DNA of 64,000 bases from an uncultured Bacilli bacterium. GTDB taxonomy: Bacteria; Bacillota_I; Bacilli_A; RF39; UBA660. Shown here one piece after another: positions 1 through 8,762 of this stretch; position 1 is the first letter of the stretch, and each line of letters begins with the position of its first letter. Under the pieces are notes generated by a model that saw only the letters and a list, made by a program, of their open reading frames with translations, made no database searches and was not told the origin of the DNA. Position numbers and translations under genes: made by a program. The stretch is taken from the NCBI GenBank assembly GCA_947598395.1, contig CANQFG010000002.1:7813-71812 (forward strand). The letters run 5' to 3'.

Positions 1-1124
1 TAATTTTAAATGATGGTGAAGTAGCACCAGAAGATAATAAGCCAATAGATATGAATAAGATAGCCTCGATGTTTGTATGGATACCTAAATATAAATATCG
101 ATTATGGAATGTAAATGTAACTAATCCATTATATACAGTGCATTCTATAGAAATAGAATTTGATAAAAATGATACTGAAGACGTAGAAGGAGTATCATGT
201 GAAACACCAATGGAAAGTGGAGATACAGGTAATTGTGATAATGGAGAGTATATGACACATCCTGCATTTAAATCATTTGGTGTAGATGGTTTTTGGGTTG
301 GTAAATTTGAAACCGGATACAAAGATGCTAGTAATGCTGATGCTGCCAATCAAATTACTGGTACATCAACTGATATAGTTGTTAAACCAGATGAATATTC
401 ATGGCGGGGAGCGAATATTAAAACTTTTTTTACTGCCGCAAAAGGCTATGATGCAAACTTAGATTCACATATGATGAAGAATACAGAATGGGGAGCAGTA
501 GCCTACCTTTCACATTCCATCTTTGGAATAAACAAAGAAATTACAATAAATAATAATAATCAATTTAAAACAGGATATGCTGCATTATCCAGTACTAATC
601 AAAGTAAATATCCTGGCGAAGGTGGAGACGGATCAAATTATAATACTAAATGGAACACGACGAATGGATTTACAGCCAGTACCACGGGAAATACAACCGG
701 TATATATGATATGAGTGGCGGGTCTTGGGAATACATGGCAGCTTATGTTGAGAATACCCTAGGTGGCAGTGGGTTTGCTTCTGAATCAGATGGAATGGAT
801 ACTTTAAAAAAATATTTTGATGTATATAAGAGTGATAGTAATGATACTTCTTATACTAATATGATATTAGGAGATGCTACTGGCGAGATGGGACCATTTA
901 AAAATTTTGCTGATAGTGATAACACTAATAGGTATCATAATAGTTGGTATATGGATAGTTCGTATTTTGTTAGCTCCACACAACCGTGGTTTAATCGCGG
1001 TGGCAGCAGTGCTGATGGCTATCTTGGTGGTCAATTTCATTTTTCTCGTCGTTCGGGTTCAGATAAAAGTAACTCAAGTAATCAAAATCAGAGTTTCCGT
1101 CTCGTACTTGCTCCATCTAATTAA
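1..1124 (+). CDS. 3' part of a long family paralog; FGE-sulfatase/SUMF1-like (C-type-lectin-fold) domain; ORF open to the left window edge
   Basis: Frame 3 is open from nt 3 (ILNDGEVAPEDNKPID precedes the tracked Met at 51). It aligns block for block with the C-terminal ~350 aa of the 19794..21569 product (WIPKYKY, GEYMTHPAF, WVGKFETGYK, HMMKNTEWGAVAYLSHSIFGINKE, YDMSGG.WE, ILGDATGEMGPF, FRL.LAPSN). The motif order mirrors FGE-sulfatase domains (fW.gKyEvT / EWEyAA / yDMsGNvWEW / RGGs / GFR). Confidence 0.75.
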   Translation, partial: ILNDGEVAPEDNKPIDMNKIASMFVWIPKYKYRLWNVNVTNPLYTVHSIEIEFDKNDTEDVEGVSCETPMESGDTGNCDNGEYMTHPAFKSFGVDGFWVGKFETGYKDASNADAANQITGTSTDIVVKPDEYSWRGANIKTFFTAAKGYDANLDSHMMKNTEWGAVAYLSHSIFGINKEITINNNNQFKTGYAALSSTNQSKYPGEGGDGSNYNTKWNTTNGFTASTTGNTTGIYDMSGGSWEYMAAYVENTLGGSGFASESDGMDTLKKYFDVYKSDSNDTSYTNMILGDATGEMGPFKNFADSDNTNRYHNSWYMDSSYFVSSTQPWFNRGGSSADGYLGGQFHFSRRSGSDKSNSSNQNQSFRLVLAPSN

Positions 1125-1145
1125 ACGCTTTAATGCGTTTTTTTT
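1124..1145 (+). terminator. rho-independent terminator
   Basis: AACGC (1124-1128) pairs with GCGTT (1135-1139), followed by a T run to 1145, directly after the stop codon. Confidence 0.6.
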
Positions 1146-1245
1146 AGCATGTGTCAAAATATGACAAAATTCTTAATTTCTATGTGTTACTTTAGAGACA
1201 TTTAGTAAAAAAAAGTTTACATTGCAAAGAACTAGGGGGGATAAA

Positions 1246-2097
1246 ATGGTTGCAATAGAAACGAAAGATGTCTCTACTAAAATAGAAGAAATAAATCTCT
1301 TAAATGATGCGATATTTAAAGTTATATTTCGAAGTAAAGAGACGAGAGAAGGAGTTGCTAAGTTTTTAAGTCGTGTAACGAAGGTTCCGGAATTGGATAT
1401 ACAAAATGCGCATTTTTTCGGAGGCGAACTTATCAAGACAAATAGTAAAGAAAAAACCAAGATTTCCGATGTCATAATTAGTTTGGAAAATGATATATTG
1501 ATAGTCGTTGAAATGAATCAACATAAACACTATAATCAATTTCTAAAGAATGCCAGTTATGCGATGCGGTTATTTTCGGAATTGACACCGATAAATACGC
1601 AGACATATCCCACGATATACTTAATAAATATCGATAACTTTAGGGGGCTTAAGACAAAGAAGGGAATTTCAGCATTTCAATTTTTAAATGATGAAGGAGA
1701 AAGTGAATTTGATAATTATAAATCGATACATATAGTAATTGAAAATATCTTGAAAGACGATTATAATGGAGATGAGGAGATCAAGAAGATGATAACCTTT
1801 TTGACAACAAAGAATCTGACGGAATTGCGAAAAAAATTTAAAGGGGAGAGGGTATATATGAGAATGGTAGAGAAAGTTGAACAATTGATGGAGGGACCAG
1901 AGATGCTCGGTTACTACGATTTAGAAGAAAAGCAAAAATGGGAACTCGAATCGATGAAAATAACGGGGCTACTTGAAGGAAAAGCTGCCGAAAAAGCTGA
2001 AGTATTAAAGAATATGCTCGATAATGGTTTTAAGAAAAAGACCATATTAAAAATATTAAATATTACTGATCAAGAATATAAACAATTGCAAAATTAA
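1246..2097 (+). CDS. Rpn / PD-(D/E)XK (PDDEXK_2) family putative recombination-promoting nuclease/transposase
   Basis: N-terminal LNDAIFKVIF motif and a nuclease-like block ISDVIISLENDILIVVEMNQ (D..E.Q). The ATG at 1246 follows a GGGGGG Shine-Dalgarno-like run; the tracked TTG at 1222 has no RBS. Confidence 0.6.
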   Translation: MVAIETKDVSTKIEEINLLNDAIFKVIFRSKETREGVAKFLSRVTKVPELDIQNAHFFGGELIKTNSKEKTKISDVIISLENDILIVVEMNQHKHYNQFLKNASYAMRLFSELTPINTQTYPTIYLINIDNFRGLKTKKGISAFQFLNDEGESEFDNYKSIHIVIENILKDDYNGDEEIKKMITFLTTKNLTELRKKFKGERVYMRMVEKVEQLMEGPEMLGYYDLEEKQKWELESMKITGLLEGKAAEKAEVLKNMLDNGFKKKTILKILNITDQEYKQLQN

Positions 2098-2231
2098 ATA
2101 TTTAATATTCAAATTTTTACAAAAAAATTTTAATAAATAGCCTATAAATAAATAATAATTTGGCCTTGTCAAAAAAATGTCATATGTTAGACATTTTTTT
2201 AAATCCTTGTTATAATGATTTAGGTGATGAT

Positions 2232-4730
2232 ATGAATACAACAGATGAAATCATGAAAAAAATTCACAACTTTGCCTTAGAAGATATCATGGGTGAACGT
2301 TTCGGAAGATATTCAAAATATATTATCCAAGATCGGGCTATTCCCGATGTTCGCGATGGATTGAAACCCGTACAAAGAAGAATTATCTTTGCGATGTATC
2401 GCGATAAAAATACATATGATAAACCCTTTAAGAAATGTGCCAATGCCGTTGGTAATGTCTTAGGTAAATTTCATCCTCATGGCGATACATCAGTCTATGA
2501 TGCCTTGATTCGCATGAGTCAAGATTGGAAACAAAATCATATATTAGTCGAAGTCGATGGCAATAATGGATCTATTGATGGCGATCCACCAGCAGCAATG
2601 CGTTATACGGAGACCAGATTATCTAAAATATCGGAAGAATTATTAAAAGATTTGGATAAGGGAACCGTTAAGATGGCTCTAAACTATTCAGATACTATTT
2701 GGGAACCGACGGTTTTACCAGCAAAATTTCCCAATCTATTAGTCAATGGTACGACGGGTATTTCGGCAGGATATGCCACGAATATTCCGCCTCATAACTT
2801 AAATGAAATAATTGATGCCACGATTAAGCGCATCGATTCACCTAATTGTCGCATTGATACCATTTTAGAAATTGTCAAAGGTCCGGATTTTCCAACGGGA
2901 GCCATTGTCGAAGGCATCGATGGTATCAGAAGTGCTTTGGAAACGGGCCGCGGTAAAATTATCGTTACGTGTCGTTATGAATTTGCCAAAAATAAGGGCA
3001 AAGAGCAAATTATCATCAGTGAGATTCCCTTCGAAGTCAATAAACAATTGCTCGTTAAAAAGATCGATGATATTCGTTTAGAACGTAAGATCGATGGGAT
3101 TGGCGAGATTCGCGATGAATCGGATAAAGATGCGGCGGTGCGCATCGTCATCGATTTAAAGACGGGGGCCGATAAAAACCTCGTCATGAATTATCTTTTA
3201 AAGAATACCGAATTACAATGTAACTATACATATAATATGGTAACAATTGTCAATCGTCGACCAAAATTACTTGGAATAATTGGCATATTAGATGCCTATA
3301 TTGCCCATATCAAAGAAGTTATAAAGCTGCGCAGTGAATATGATTTAAATGTGGCCAAGAAAGAAGTTCATATCTTAGAAGGACTTATCAAGGCGATCTC
3401 GGTTCTCGATGAAGTCATTAAAATAATTCGGGGCAGCAAAAATAAAGCGGATGCCAAGATCAATTTATCGAAAAGATTTGGATTCTCCGATTTGCAAACG
3501 GAAGCTATCGTGACGATGCAACTATATAAACTTACGAATACCGATATTACCGATTTAGAGGAACGTCTTGCCAATTATCGCAAGATTATCGAAGGCTTAG
3601 AGGCCATCTTAGCCGATGAAAATAAGCTTTCTGGCGTCGTCAAAGATGAACTAAGAAAAATTAAGAAGGAATATGGTATTCCACGAAAGACGGAAATTCG
3701 CGATAATGTCACCGAGATAAATATTTCTGCCGAGGATTTGATCGTCAAAGAAAATGTCATGGTCGTCTTAACTAATGAAGGATATATTAAAAAGGTGCCA
3801 ATGAAGTCGTACTTGGCAGCTAAAGATGAAGAGACGACGGTCAAACAAGGGGATTATTGCCTCCATATCTTTGAAACGACGACCTTAAATAAATTGCTCG
3901 TATTTACGGCTATGGGTAACTATATCTATGTTCCCGTCAATGATCTTCCATGGTGCAAATGGAAGGATTTGGGCAAACACATCAGCAATGTCGTTACTTT
4001 AAATCCCGATGATTCCGTCATCGGAGCATATATCATCAATGAAAATGGCGATAATGGTCAAGTGGTGATGTTTACGAGCGATGGTATGGTCAAACAAACG
4101 AACTTGAACGACTTTATTGTCAGTCGGTATACCAAATTATATACGGCGATGAAGTTAAAAGAGGGAGCGCGCCTCGTGAGTGTCGTACCGGCCCATGAAA
4201 ATTGCTTGATCGTCACGAAAACGGGATACTTCTTAAACTATAAAACCTCGGAAATTCCGCTTTTATCGGCTAAAGCTAGTGGAGTCAAGGGTATCAACTT
4301 AAAAGACGATGAAGTCATCGGGGGTCTTTCCTATGATGAAACGAGTGAATATTTGACGATATTTACGAATCAAAAGACGGCTAAGCGCATCAAGATTGCC
4401 GAACTTACGCCACTCAGTCGGGCCAAACGTGGTCTTACCCTCATCAAGAAGGTCAAGACGACTAACTATGAAATTGTCACGGCCTTAATTGCCCATAATA
4501 AGACGATGATTGGTCTTGTCAGTGGGGAAGATATTGGCATTTTAAAGAATACCGATATTGCCATTATGGATATAGCCTCGACGGGTTCAAATATCGCCAA
4601 GAAAAAATTCAGTCGGGCCTTTGCCTTCGCCGATATAACTACTATATCCGAACCAAAGGAAGAGAAGAAAAAAGACATAGAAGACAATCCTTCTACCGAT
4701 GATAATTTTATCGATGAATTTAAAATATAG
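2232..4730 (+). CDS. parC: DNA topoisomerase IV subunit A
   Basis: ERFGRYSKYIIQDRAIPDVRDGLKPVQRRIIFAM is the ParC/GrlA-type N-terminus. Catalytic-Tyr motif AAMRYTE is present. The ATG at 2232 is preceded by AGGTGA. Size and C-terminal beta-pinwheel-like repeats fit. Confidence 0.85.
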   Translation: MNTTDEIMKKIHNFALEDIMGERFGRYSKYIIQDRAIPDVRDGLKPVQRRIIFAMYRDKNTYDKPFKKCANAVGNVLGKFHPHGDTSVYDALIRMSQDWKQNHILVEVDGNNGSIDGDPPAAMRYTETRLSKISEELLKDLDKGTVKMALNYSDTIWEPTVLPAKFPNLLVNGTTGISAGYATNIPPHNLNEIIDATIKRIDSPNCRIDTILEIVKGPDFPTGAIVEGIDGIRSALETGRGKIIVTCRYEFAKNKGKEQIIISEIPFEVNKQLLVKKIDDIRLERKIDGIGEIRDESDKDAAVRIVIDLKTGADKNLVMNYLLKNTELQCNYTYNMVTIVNRRPKLLGIIGILDAYIAHIKEVIKLRSEYDLNVAKKEVHILEGLIKAISVLDEVIKIIRGSKNKADAKINLSKRFGFSDLQTEAIVTMQLYKLTNTDITDLEERLANYRKIIEGLEAILADENKLSGVVKDELRKIKKEYGIPRKTEIRDNVTEINISAEDLIVKENVMVVLTNEGYIKKVPMKSYLAAKDEETTVKQGDYCLHIFETTTLNKLLVFTAMGNYIYVPVNDLPWCKWKDLGKHISNVVTLNPDDSVIGAYIINENGDNGQVVMFTSDGMVKQTNLNDFIVSRYTKLYTAMKLKEGARLVSVVPAHENCLIVTKTGYFLNYKTSEIPLLSAKASGVKGINLKDDEVIGGLSYDETSEYLTIFTNQKTAKRIKIAELTPLSRAKRGLTLIKKVKTTNYEIVTALIAHNKTMIGLVSGEDIGILKNTDIAIMDIASTGSNIAKKKFSRAFAFADITTISEPKEEKKKDIEDNPSTDDNFIDEFKI

Positions 4731-4775
4731 CATAAAAATCACCATTAAAAATACAATTTAATAGGTGGTTTTTTA

Positions 4776-5123
4776 ATGGATGATAAGAAGACGCAATTTA
4801 AAACATTTGTCAGTGCTCATCCCGAATTAGTGAGTTTTGTCAAAAATAAAGAGATGTCGTGGCAGGATTTTTACGAAATATATGACATCTATGGCGAAGA
4901 ATCATCGGCCTGGGAACAATACTTTGCTACGCGCGATAGTTCGGGAACACAGGAAAAACTTGCCGAATTAGCCGGTATTTTCAAAAATATCAATATGGAT
5001 ACGGTTCAAAAATATGTCAATAATGCCCAAAAGGCCATCAATATTATTCAAGAACTAACGAAGAAAGGACCCGAGACGGTCGTCAAATCGGCTCGACCAA
5101 TAACGAAGTTCTATGGAGATTAA
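4776..5123 (+). CDS. ylbD: YlbD-like protein (putative spore coat protein family)
   Basis: Pattern FKTFVSAHPELVSFVKNKEMSWQDFYEIYDIYGEE matches my recollection of B. subtilis YlbD. It is adjacent to a YlbE-like gene, as in Bacillus. Confidence 0.55.
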   Translation: MDDKKTQFKTFVSAHPELVSFVKNKEMSWQDFYEIYDIYGEESSAWEQYFATRDSSGTQEKLAELAGIFKNINMDTVQKYVNNAQKAINIIQELTKKGPETVVKSARPITKFYGD

Positions 5124-5334
5124 TATCGTCTTTGAATTAGAAAAAGATAAAAAACTTCACGAATATTTAAAGAACCATTCCTATTGGTATCGCTTTTTAA
5201 ATCGCGATAGTGAAGCATTAAGGGACTTATTAAAAGAATATAAAAATTATAAGCGGGAAAATAATTTAAATAAAGTCAATGATATGGTCGAAAATATCGA
5301 AATGGTAAGTAGCATTATGAAAGTTATGGAATAA
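5113..5334 (+). CDS. ylbE: YlbE-like small protein
   Basis: HSYWYRFLNRDSEAL... resembles the YlbE family. It overlaps the preceding gene by 11 nt (operon). Confidence 0.5.
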   Translation: MEINIVFELEKDKKLHEYLKNHSYWYRFLNRDSEALRDLLKEYKNYKRENNLNKVNDMVENIEMVSSIMKVME

Positions 5335-5357
5335 AGAGTCTGCGGGCTCTTTTTTTC

Positions 5358-5386
5358 TTGAAAAAGCTGCTGAGTTATTTTATAAT
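5358..5386 (+). promoter_or_regulatory. sigma-A type promoter (TTGAAA-17-TATAAT)
   Basis: TTGAAA at 5358-5363, a 17-nt spacer, and TATAAT at 5381-5386, about 30 nt upstream of the 5418 start. Confidence 0.65.
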
Positions 5387-5417
5387 AATTTATAGAATAG
5401 AAAGATAGGTAAAGGGT

Positions 5418-7169
5418 ATGGATAATAAAAAGAAGGGTTTTACTTTAATTGAGTTATTAGCTGTTATTATAATCTTAGCTTTGATAATGGTTATAGCTGT
5501 TCCTGCGGTTTTAGAGACGATGCGATCAGCACAAAAAGAATCGTTATATCTCTATGCGCAAAGTTTGCAATCGAAGGCCATCGCGAGATATACGCAAGAT
5601 CTCGATATGAATAAGGAAAATACGGATTGTGCTGTTTACGATATTTCCAAGAATTTGGATCTATCGGGAACCGGCGATTATGAGGGCTGGGTCAAAGTCA
5701 GTCGGACGCCAACTAATTCGGGTAAACGGACGGCGCGCATCGAACTAAGTCATTCCGATACATTGCGCTATGTCAAATACTGCGTAGCTAAAGGTAGCTC
5801 TTGTACGCCCAATACCGCTTTTAATGCGGGCGAGGATAATAAAAAGGCCGTTATCGAAAGAAGTCTTGAAGCGGGCGAAGTCCTTTGTGCCAATTATCAA
5901 TATGCCGATAGCAATAAAGTCTTAAAGACGGCAGACACCCAATGTGTAACATACGATAAGGGGACGACGCTCAACGATACTTATACCTATAATGTCAATG
6001 TAACTTTAAAAGATGATACGTATGCGGTCGAAAATGTCCTCTTTAAAGAGGATATGTCCCGCGATGAATTCTTTGCGGCGATCGAAGACTATAATCAAAA
6101 ACATAAAAATGATGCCAATAAGTTAGCTATTGCCTCGCCTAGTTGTACGGCCGAGGAAAGTGTCAAGGGAACGACAACGCGAGGAACGACGGAAGTTACC
6201 AATAATGAGGCGACGACGCGAGGAACGACGGAGGCGTCAAGTAAGACGACATCGACGCGTTCGACGAATGTCATCGATCCAAGCAGCAACACGACAAGGG
6301 GCACGAGTGAGGTCATCACCAGTTCCTCGACGACGCGGGCGACGACGACCGAGACGACCACGACGATCAATGTCGAAGATCGGAGCTTATTACTCACGAG
6401 TTTGAATATTGCTGGCTATAACATTAACTTCGACCCTCTCAAATTTTACTATACCCTCGATGTACCATATAATGTCACGAATTTAAATATCAGTGCTACG
6501 GCCGAGCGACCTGATGTAAGCGTCGTTCAAGTAGCCGGAAATGATTACTTAGGTGTCGGCGATAATCCCGTAATCGTCACTGTCTTTAATCAAACGACGG
6601 GCGCCAAAGCCAATTATCGCATCAACGTCACGCGCTTCAATGAAACTGGAGTACGGCCAACGAGTCCAACTAATCCAATCGTCGATCCAAACAATAACGA
6701 AGAAGGTAAACCGGATCCAACAATTGAAGAGAGTAATGCGGCTCTTGCCTATTTGGCGATATCTGGATATGACCTCGACTTCGATCCTGATGTCTACGAA
6801 TACACATTGACGACCAAGGGCGAAAGTAAATTATATGTCAATTATCGTGCAGCCAGTGAAAATGCCGTCGTAGCTCTTTATGGCAATGAAGAAGTCAAAG
6901 ATGGCGGCGAAATAACCCTCTTCGTTCAAAGTGAAAATGGCTACTATAATAAGACCTATAAGATTAAGATTCAATTTGAACAAGTTGCCTCGACGGGAAC
7001 AAAAGTCCTAAGGGGAGTTGCCGTTGGCTTGGGCGTCTTGCTCATAATTCTTTTGATAATAATCAGTTTAAATAAGAAAAAGCGCAGTAATAATAATTCG
7101 GATACGGTTGAAGACAAAGAAAATAATTCGGAACCAGATAATAACTCGACGAATGCGAATAGTGTGTAA
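5418..7169 (+). CDS. prepilin-type N-terminal domain protein fused to a Thr-rich linker, two cadherin-like beta-sandwich domains and a C-terminal TM anchor
   Basis: MDNKKKG|FTLIELLAVIIILALIMV is a class III (type IV pilin) signal with Glu at +5. Two domains begin LLTSLNIAGYNINFDP..YYTL and LAYLAISGYDLDFDP..YEYTL (cadherin-like beta-sandwich pattern). The C-terminus GVAVGLGVLLIILLIIISLNKKKR is a TM segment plus a basic stop-transfer. Confidence 0.8.
   Translation: MDNKKKGFTLIELLAVIIILALIMVIAVPAVLETMRSAQKESLYLYAQSLQSKAIARYTQDLDMNKENTDCAVYDISKNLDLSGTGDYEGWVKVSRTPTNSGKRTARIELSHSDTLRYVKYCVAKGSSCTPNTAFNAGEDNKKAVIERSLEAGEVLCANYQYADSNKVLKTADTQCVTYDKGTTLNDTYTYNVNVTLKDDTYAVENVLFKEDMSRDEFFAAIEDYNQKHKNDANKLAIASPSCTAEESVKGTTTRGTTEVTNNEATTRGTTEASSKTTSTRSTNVIDPSSNTTRGTSEVITSSSTTRATTTETTTTINVEDRSLLLTSLNIAGYNINFDPLKFYYTLDVPYNVTNLNISATAERPDVSVVQVAGNDYLGVGDNPVIVTVFNQTTGAKANYRINVTRFNETGVRPTSPTNPIVDPNNNEEGKPDPTIEESNAALAYLAISGYDLDFDPDVYEYTLTTKGESKLYVNYRAASENAVVALYGNEEVKDGGEITLFVQSENGYYNKTYKIKIQFEQVASTGTKVLRGVAVGLGVLLIILLIIISLNKKKRSNNNSDTVEDKENNSEPDNNSTNANSV
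6165..6370 (+). repeat. Thr/Arg/Ser-rich low-complexity coding repeat (TTRGTTE units)
   Basis: ACG/ACGACG-rich stretch encoding GTTTRGTTE..ATTRGTTE..NTTRGTSE..TTRATTTETTTT. It also creates the spurious overlapping ORFs 6095..6397(-) and 6130..6405(+). Confidence 0.8.
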
Positions 7170-7206
7170 GAAACGTGAAAATTCCCGAATATGTTTATAA
7201 AGAGTA

Positions 7207-7235
7207 TTGACTAAAGAAAAGATAAAATATATAAT
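7207..7235 (+). promoter_or_regulatory. sigma-A type promoter (TTGACT-17-TATAAT)
   Basis: TTGACT at 7207-7212, a 17-nt spacer, and TATAAT at 7230-7235. Confidence 0.65.
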
Positions 7236-7259
7236 TTAAGTATGATAGAAAGAGGATTT

Positions 7260-7793
7260 ATGATGAAGAAGAAAAATGGTTTTACATTAGTAGAATTACT
7301 AGCGGTTATCGTCATATTAGCAATTATAATGGTCATTGCCATTCCTGCCGTATTAGATGTTATGAACCGTTCAAGAAAAAGTGCATTTGTGCTCTATGCG
7401 CAAAAGGTTATTCGTGATACAAAAACTCAATATTCCTATGATGCTGGTTTAGGAGCAGCAACGGGAGCGGGATACTTTGTATACAGTATTGTCGATGATT
7501 TAGATTATGATTCGACTGGTGATTATCAAGGGTATGTCGTCGTCAATGCTACTAACGTTGATAAACCAGAATATATATTATTCTTATATGATAATAATTA
7601 TATGATTTTAAATTATAATGTAACTGATTTTGGAATGCCGACGACAAGTGATAGTGCCATTCAAGCTTATTCGGCAAGTGCTGTTGGAACGCAAGCTAAT
7701 AATGCTAAAGATGCTTGTACAGCAGCGGGAGCTGTCGGTGGTGTCGAATGTTATAATCGCGATGGTTTCGTAATTGTTAAAAAGGATGAATAA
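7260..7793 (+). CDS. prepilin-type N-terminal cleavage/methylation domain protein (small pilin/pseudopilin-like)
   Basis: MMKKKNG|FTLVELLAVIVILAIIMVIAIPAV. It shares post-helix blocks with the 5418 product (YAQK/YAQS, STGDYQGYVVV vs GTGDYEGWVKV). The ATG at 7260 follows AAGAGGA. Confidence 0.8.
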   Translation: MMKKKNGFTLVELLAVIVILAIIMVIAIPAVLDVMNRSRKSAFVLYAQKVIRDTKTQYSYDAGLGAATGAGYFVYSIVDDLDYDSTGDYQGYVVVNATNVDKPEYILFLYDNNYMILNYNVTDFGMPTTSDSAIQAYSASAVGTQANNAKDACTAAGAVGGVECYNRDGFVIVKKDE

Positions 7794-7857
7794 GACAACG
7801 TAAAGTTGTTTTTTTCTTGTCCTAATTTATGATATAATCTCTTATAGGGTGAAGTGT

Positions 7858-8754
7858 ATGTTAATAATTGGAAGTCACGTTTCCTATAAAAATGAAAATC
7901 AATTAGCTGGTTGTGTTATGGAAACGTTGGAATATGGGGCCAATGCCTTTATGTTTTATACGGGGGCACCACAAAATGTCTTAAGAACACCTATCGATGA
8001 TTTTAAGACGATTAAGGCCTTAGAGATGATGAAAGAGAATAATATCTTACTCGAAAATGTCATCTGTCATGCACCATATATTATCAATTTGGCGAACAAT
8101 AGCGATATGGAAAAATATCAATTTGCCATGCGTTTTTTACGGCAAGAGATCGAAAGATGTATGACGCTTGGGGTTCGGTACTTGGTATTGCATCCCGGAA
8201 GTGCTACGAAATTAGATCGGGAATATGCCATTTCGAATATCATCAAAGCCTTAAATAACGTATTGATTCCCGAAGATAATATCGTCATCTTACTCGAGAC
8301 GATGGCGGGAAAAGGCAGCGAATGTGGCATTAATTTAGAGGAGATAGCAACGATTATCGATAATGTTAGATTAAAGGATAAAGTGGGCGTATGCTTAGAT
8401 ACCTGTCACTTAAATGATTCGGGCATCGATATTAAAGAATTTGATGCTTACTTAGAAGCCTTTGATAAGCGCATTGGCCTAAAAAAAATTGGCTGTGTCC
8501 ACGTCAATGATTCGAAAAATGGCATCGCTTCCCATAAGGATCGACATGAAAATATCGGCTATGGAACGATTGGCTTTGAAAATCTTTTGAATGTCATCTA
8601 TCATCCACTTTTGGAAAATGTCCCTAAAATTTTGGAGACGCCATATGTCGATCGCGAATATCCTCCATATAAATTCGAAATTCAAATGATTAAAGAAAAA
8701 AAATTTAATCCCCATCTCTATGCCGATATTATAGAATATTATAAAAATAAATAG
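7858..8754 (+). CDS. nfo: endonuclease IV (deoxyribonuclease IV)
   Basis: IGSHVS...GANAFMFYTGAPQN, HAPYIINL, LVLHPGS, ETMAGKG, CLDTCH, VHVNDSKN: the typical Nfo TIM-barrel metal-ligand blocks. Confidence 0.9.
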   Translation: MLIIGSHVSYKNENQLAGCVMETLEYGANAFMFYTGAPQNVLRTPIDDFKTIKALEMMKENNILLENVICHAPYIINLANNSDMEKYQFAMRFLRQEIERCMTLGVRYLVLHPGSATKLDREYAISNIIKALNNVLIPEDNIVILLETMAGKGSECGINLEEIATIIDNVRLKDKVGVCLDTCHLNDSGIDIKEFDAYLEAFDKRIGLKKIGCVHVNDSKNGIASHKDRHENIGYGTIGFENLLNVIYHPLLENVPKILETPYVDREYPPYKFEIQMIKEKKFNPHLYADIIEYYKNK

Positions 8755-8762
8755 GTGATATT

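Noticed and set aside
2232-4730. parC without an adjacent parE as an anomaly.
   Set aside because: Split parE/parC loci occur in various bacteria. Here the upstream region is occupied by an accessory gene and an Rpn-type gene, so a simple rearrangement explains it. Not considered noteworthy without the whole genome.
6095-6405. Overlapping ORFs 6095..6397(-) and 6130..6405(+), the latter extremely Arg-rich.
   Set aside because: They are shadows of the ACG/CGA-rich Thr-linker coding repeat of the 5418 gene, with no RBS and implausible composition.
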